DNA of 64,000 nt from Lama glama (lineage: Eukaryota): positions 59,272,001 to 59,336,000 of the forward strand of contig CM052841.1 of assembly GCA_028534125.1 (NCBI GenBank), in the 5' to 3' direction. The notes beneath the pieces were generated by a model. The model was not told the origin of the DNA, made no database searches, and was given only the letters and a program-made list of their open reading frames with translations. A program made the position numbers and the translations under genes. Shown in pieces: positions 62,338 through 64,000 of the stretch. Positions within the stretch are counted from its first letter, which is position 1; each line of letters starts with the position of its first letter.

Positions 62338-62343
62338 TTTATT
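62338..62343 (-). terminator. PSMB7 poly(A) signal AATAAA
   Basis: TTTATT on + strand ~100 nt past the PSMB7 stop; GT-rich element (tgtgtgttttttt on -) downstream. Confidence 0.8.
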
Positions 62344-62439
62344 GGGTTCATTCAGCAAACACTGGCTGAATGTCTTACAGGGGGAGCCTCCACTGCCCCC
62401 AGTCTTCTAGAGCAGTAACCAGCCATCCACCGACACCAT

Positions 62440-62551
62440 TCAGGAAGTGTCCATTGTTTGGACTGTTTCCTCCAGCACCTCAAATTCCAGGGTAGTGACT
62501 TTTTCAGTGAGGACCGCAGTGGTCCCTTTCTCACAACTGTACCGGCCAAAC
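62440..62551 (-). CDS. PSMB7: PSMB7 (proteasome subunit beta-7/beta2) terminal coding exon: (R)[36 protein letters not shown]
   Basis: Read by hand on - strand: tttgtttttctttcactag|G TTT GGC ... TCC TGA, 112 nt; characteristic PSMB7 C-terminus [10 protein letters not shown]; NEK6-PSMB7 convergent synteny. Upstream exons lie beyond 64000. Confidence 0.95.
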
Positions 62552-64000
62552 CTAGTGAAAGAAAAACAAAAGCAGCATTAGGATCCCCCCAGAAGCCCGA
62601 CGGAGGGCTGGAGAGAGGGGTAAGTGTCCAGGCAGTGAGCAGGCCTGGCCTGGGATCCTGCTCTTCCAATTCCCACTTCTGTGACCTTTGAGGGGAGTTC
62701 AGCTGCCCCAAGGTTCACTTTCCTCGTCTCTCAAGTGCTACCAAATGGGGGTACCTGGTAGATAGGATGTTCACAGAAAGAGATAAAGAGAGCACGTGGC
62801 ACTGAGTAGACACTCAGATTTCCTTCCCCACCTACCACCCCCAAAAGATGCTGGAAAGCATCTGAGCTCTTGGCCTTCAAGCTTCAGTCTCCCTAAAGCA
62901 CCCTTCAGTAACCGGCAGGAAGCAAAGCCTTTCACTGAGCTGCCATCACCCTTCTCTTGTAACAAGGATGACATAACCATTATCTTCAACTCTTTAAAAA
63001 TATTTGGACGTATAAACAGTATGAAAATGACCCGCAGCCAGACTCTGGGCCTGTCACTTTTGACCACACACCAGAGACTCGAGAAGGGAGAGCTGACTGT
63101 CTGCAGGGCACGGTAGGTCACCACTAGGACATACCCAAAGCGACGTTTCTAAGGTGACTCTGACAGGTTTCTCTGAGCACAAGGCAGCCTATAGGATACG
63201 TATGTGAACAGCTAATTTCATAGGAATTACAACACTGTCAAACAGCAGCGCAAATGCAACTGCTCCCCTGGTCTGTCCCCCACTGGGTCGTTATCCCTGT
63301 CAACCTGGCATGGACTAAGAGAAGACTGCTGGCTGTGCCATGACCACAGGCTCCTTGAAAAGCCAACCTCTTAAATGAGAGCTTGTGCTCAAAGAGGTAG
63401 CAGGAAGCAGAAAAGAGAAGATGACGTAACAGAGCTCCGTACAAATTCAGGAGTTTGTGCAGCAGAGGACAGCTGCCCTTCCCATAGTCCCCTCCACACT
63501 CTCTTAAAGGATCCAAGCAGAGGCACCTTTTAAAGATGCGCACACCCCTGCCCTGCTGGGGTGACAATGGTGCTCCTGCTCCCACACTGGATGGACCCTT
63601 GGCAGCTTCTGGTTTTGCAGCCAGAGCCCCAGGCGACTCCTGTGCGCCTGACTCACCTGCACCACACATCTGTGGGAGGTGCGGACACACAGAGCCCCCT
63701 CACCACCTGGGTTAAGGCACCTGGTTTTGGCAGCATGAAGGGAGGGGAGGGCTTCTACCTGAGGGAACAGTGGGCTGCAAAACGGGTAACAGAGGGCTGA
63801 GTGCAGAGGAGCCAGTGGGAGCTCGCATGGTCAGGTCCCAAACTGGGACTGGGCGCAGGACGCCGGCCCAGACCTAAGGCTCTGCCCCTGCCCTGACTCT
63901 TCTCTGGGAACCGGGCCCCCTAACCCAGGTGTGGCCATCAGTCACTGGCAGAAAAGATGGCGGTAAGAGTCCAGAGTGAAGACGCTGCTGCTGCAGTGCC

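Noticed and set aside
1-64000. CRISPR arrays, rRNA/tRNA genes, viral or horizontally acquired inserts, or a novel multi-gene system
   Set aside because: None seen; all recognisable coding sequence is explained by NEK6 and PSMB7, and the recurring motifs are MIR/L2 cores, not arrays

Overview
Mammalian genomic DNA (GC-rich, CpG-depleted, full of ancient MIR/L2/MLT1/MER/L1M relics; three short N gaps). The window holds the complete coding sequence of the NIMA-related kinase NEK6 on the + strand: 9 coding exons from 19690 to 59908, 942 nt = 313 aa + stop, all introns GT-AG. The non-coding first exon/promoter lies upstream of the window, so 1-19660 is intron 1. The last exon of the proteasome subunit gene PSMB7 sits tail-to-tail on the - strand (CDS 62440-62551). 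Almost all entries in the ORF track are chance ORFs in GC-rich intron. I found no evidence for a new gene or an undescribed biological system. The best leads are regulatory or evolutionary: two disabled homologs of human NEK6 N-terminal alternative exons, an overlapping uORF on the NEK6 start, an old ~200 bp local duplication, a homeobox-motif-dense candidate enhancer, miR-23/27/24 seed sites in the 3'UTR, and the very tight convergent NEK6/PSMB7 3' ends. Repeat family calls and boundaries are by eye and approximate.
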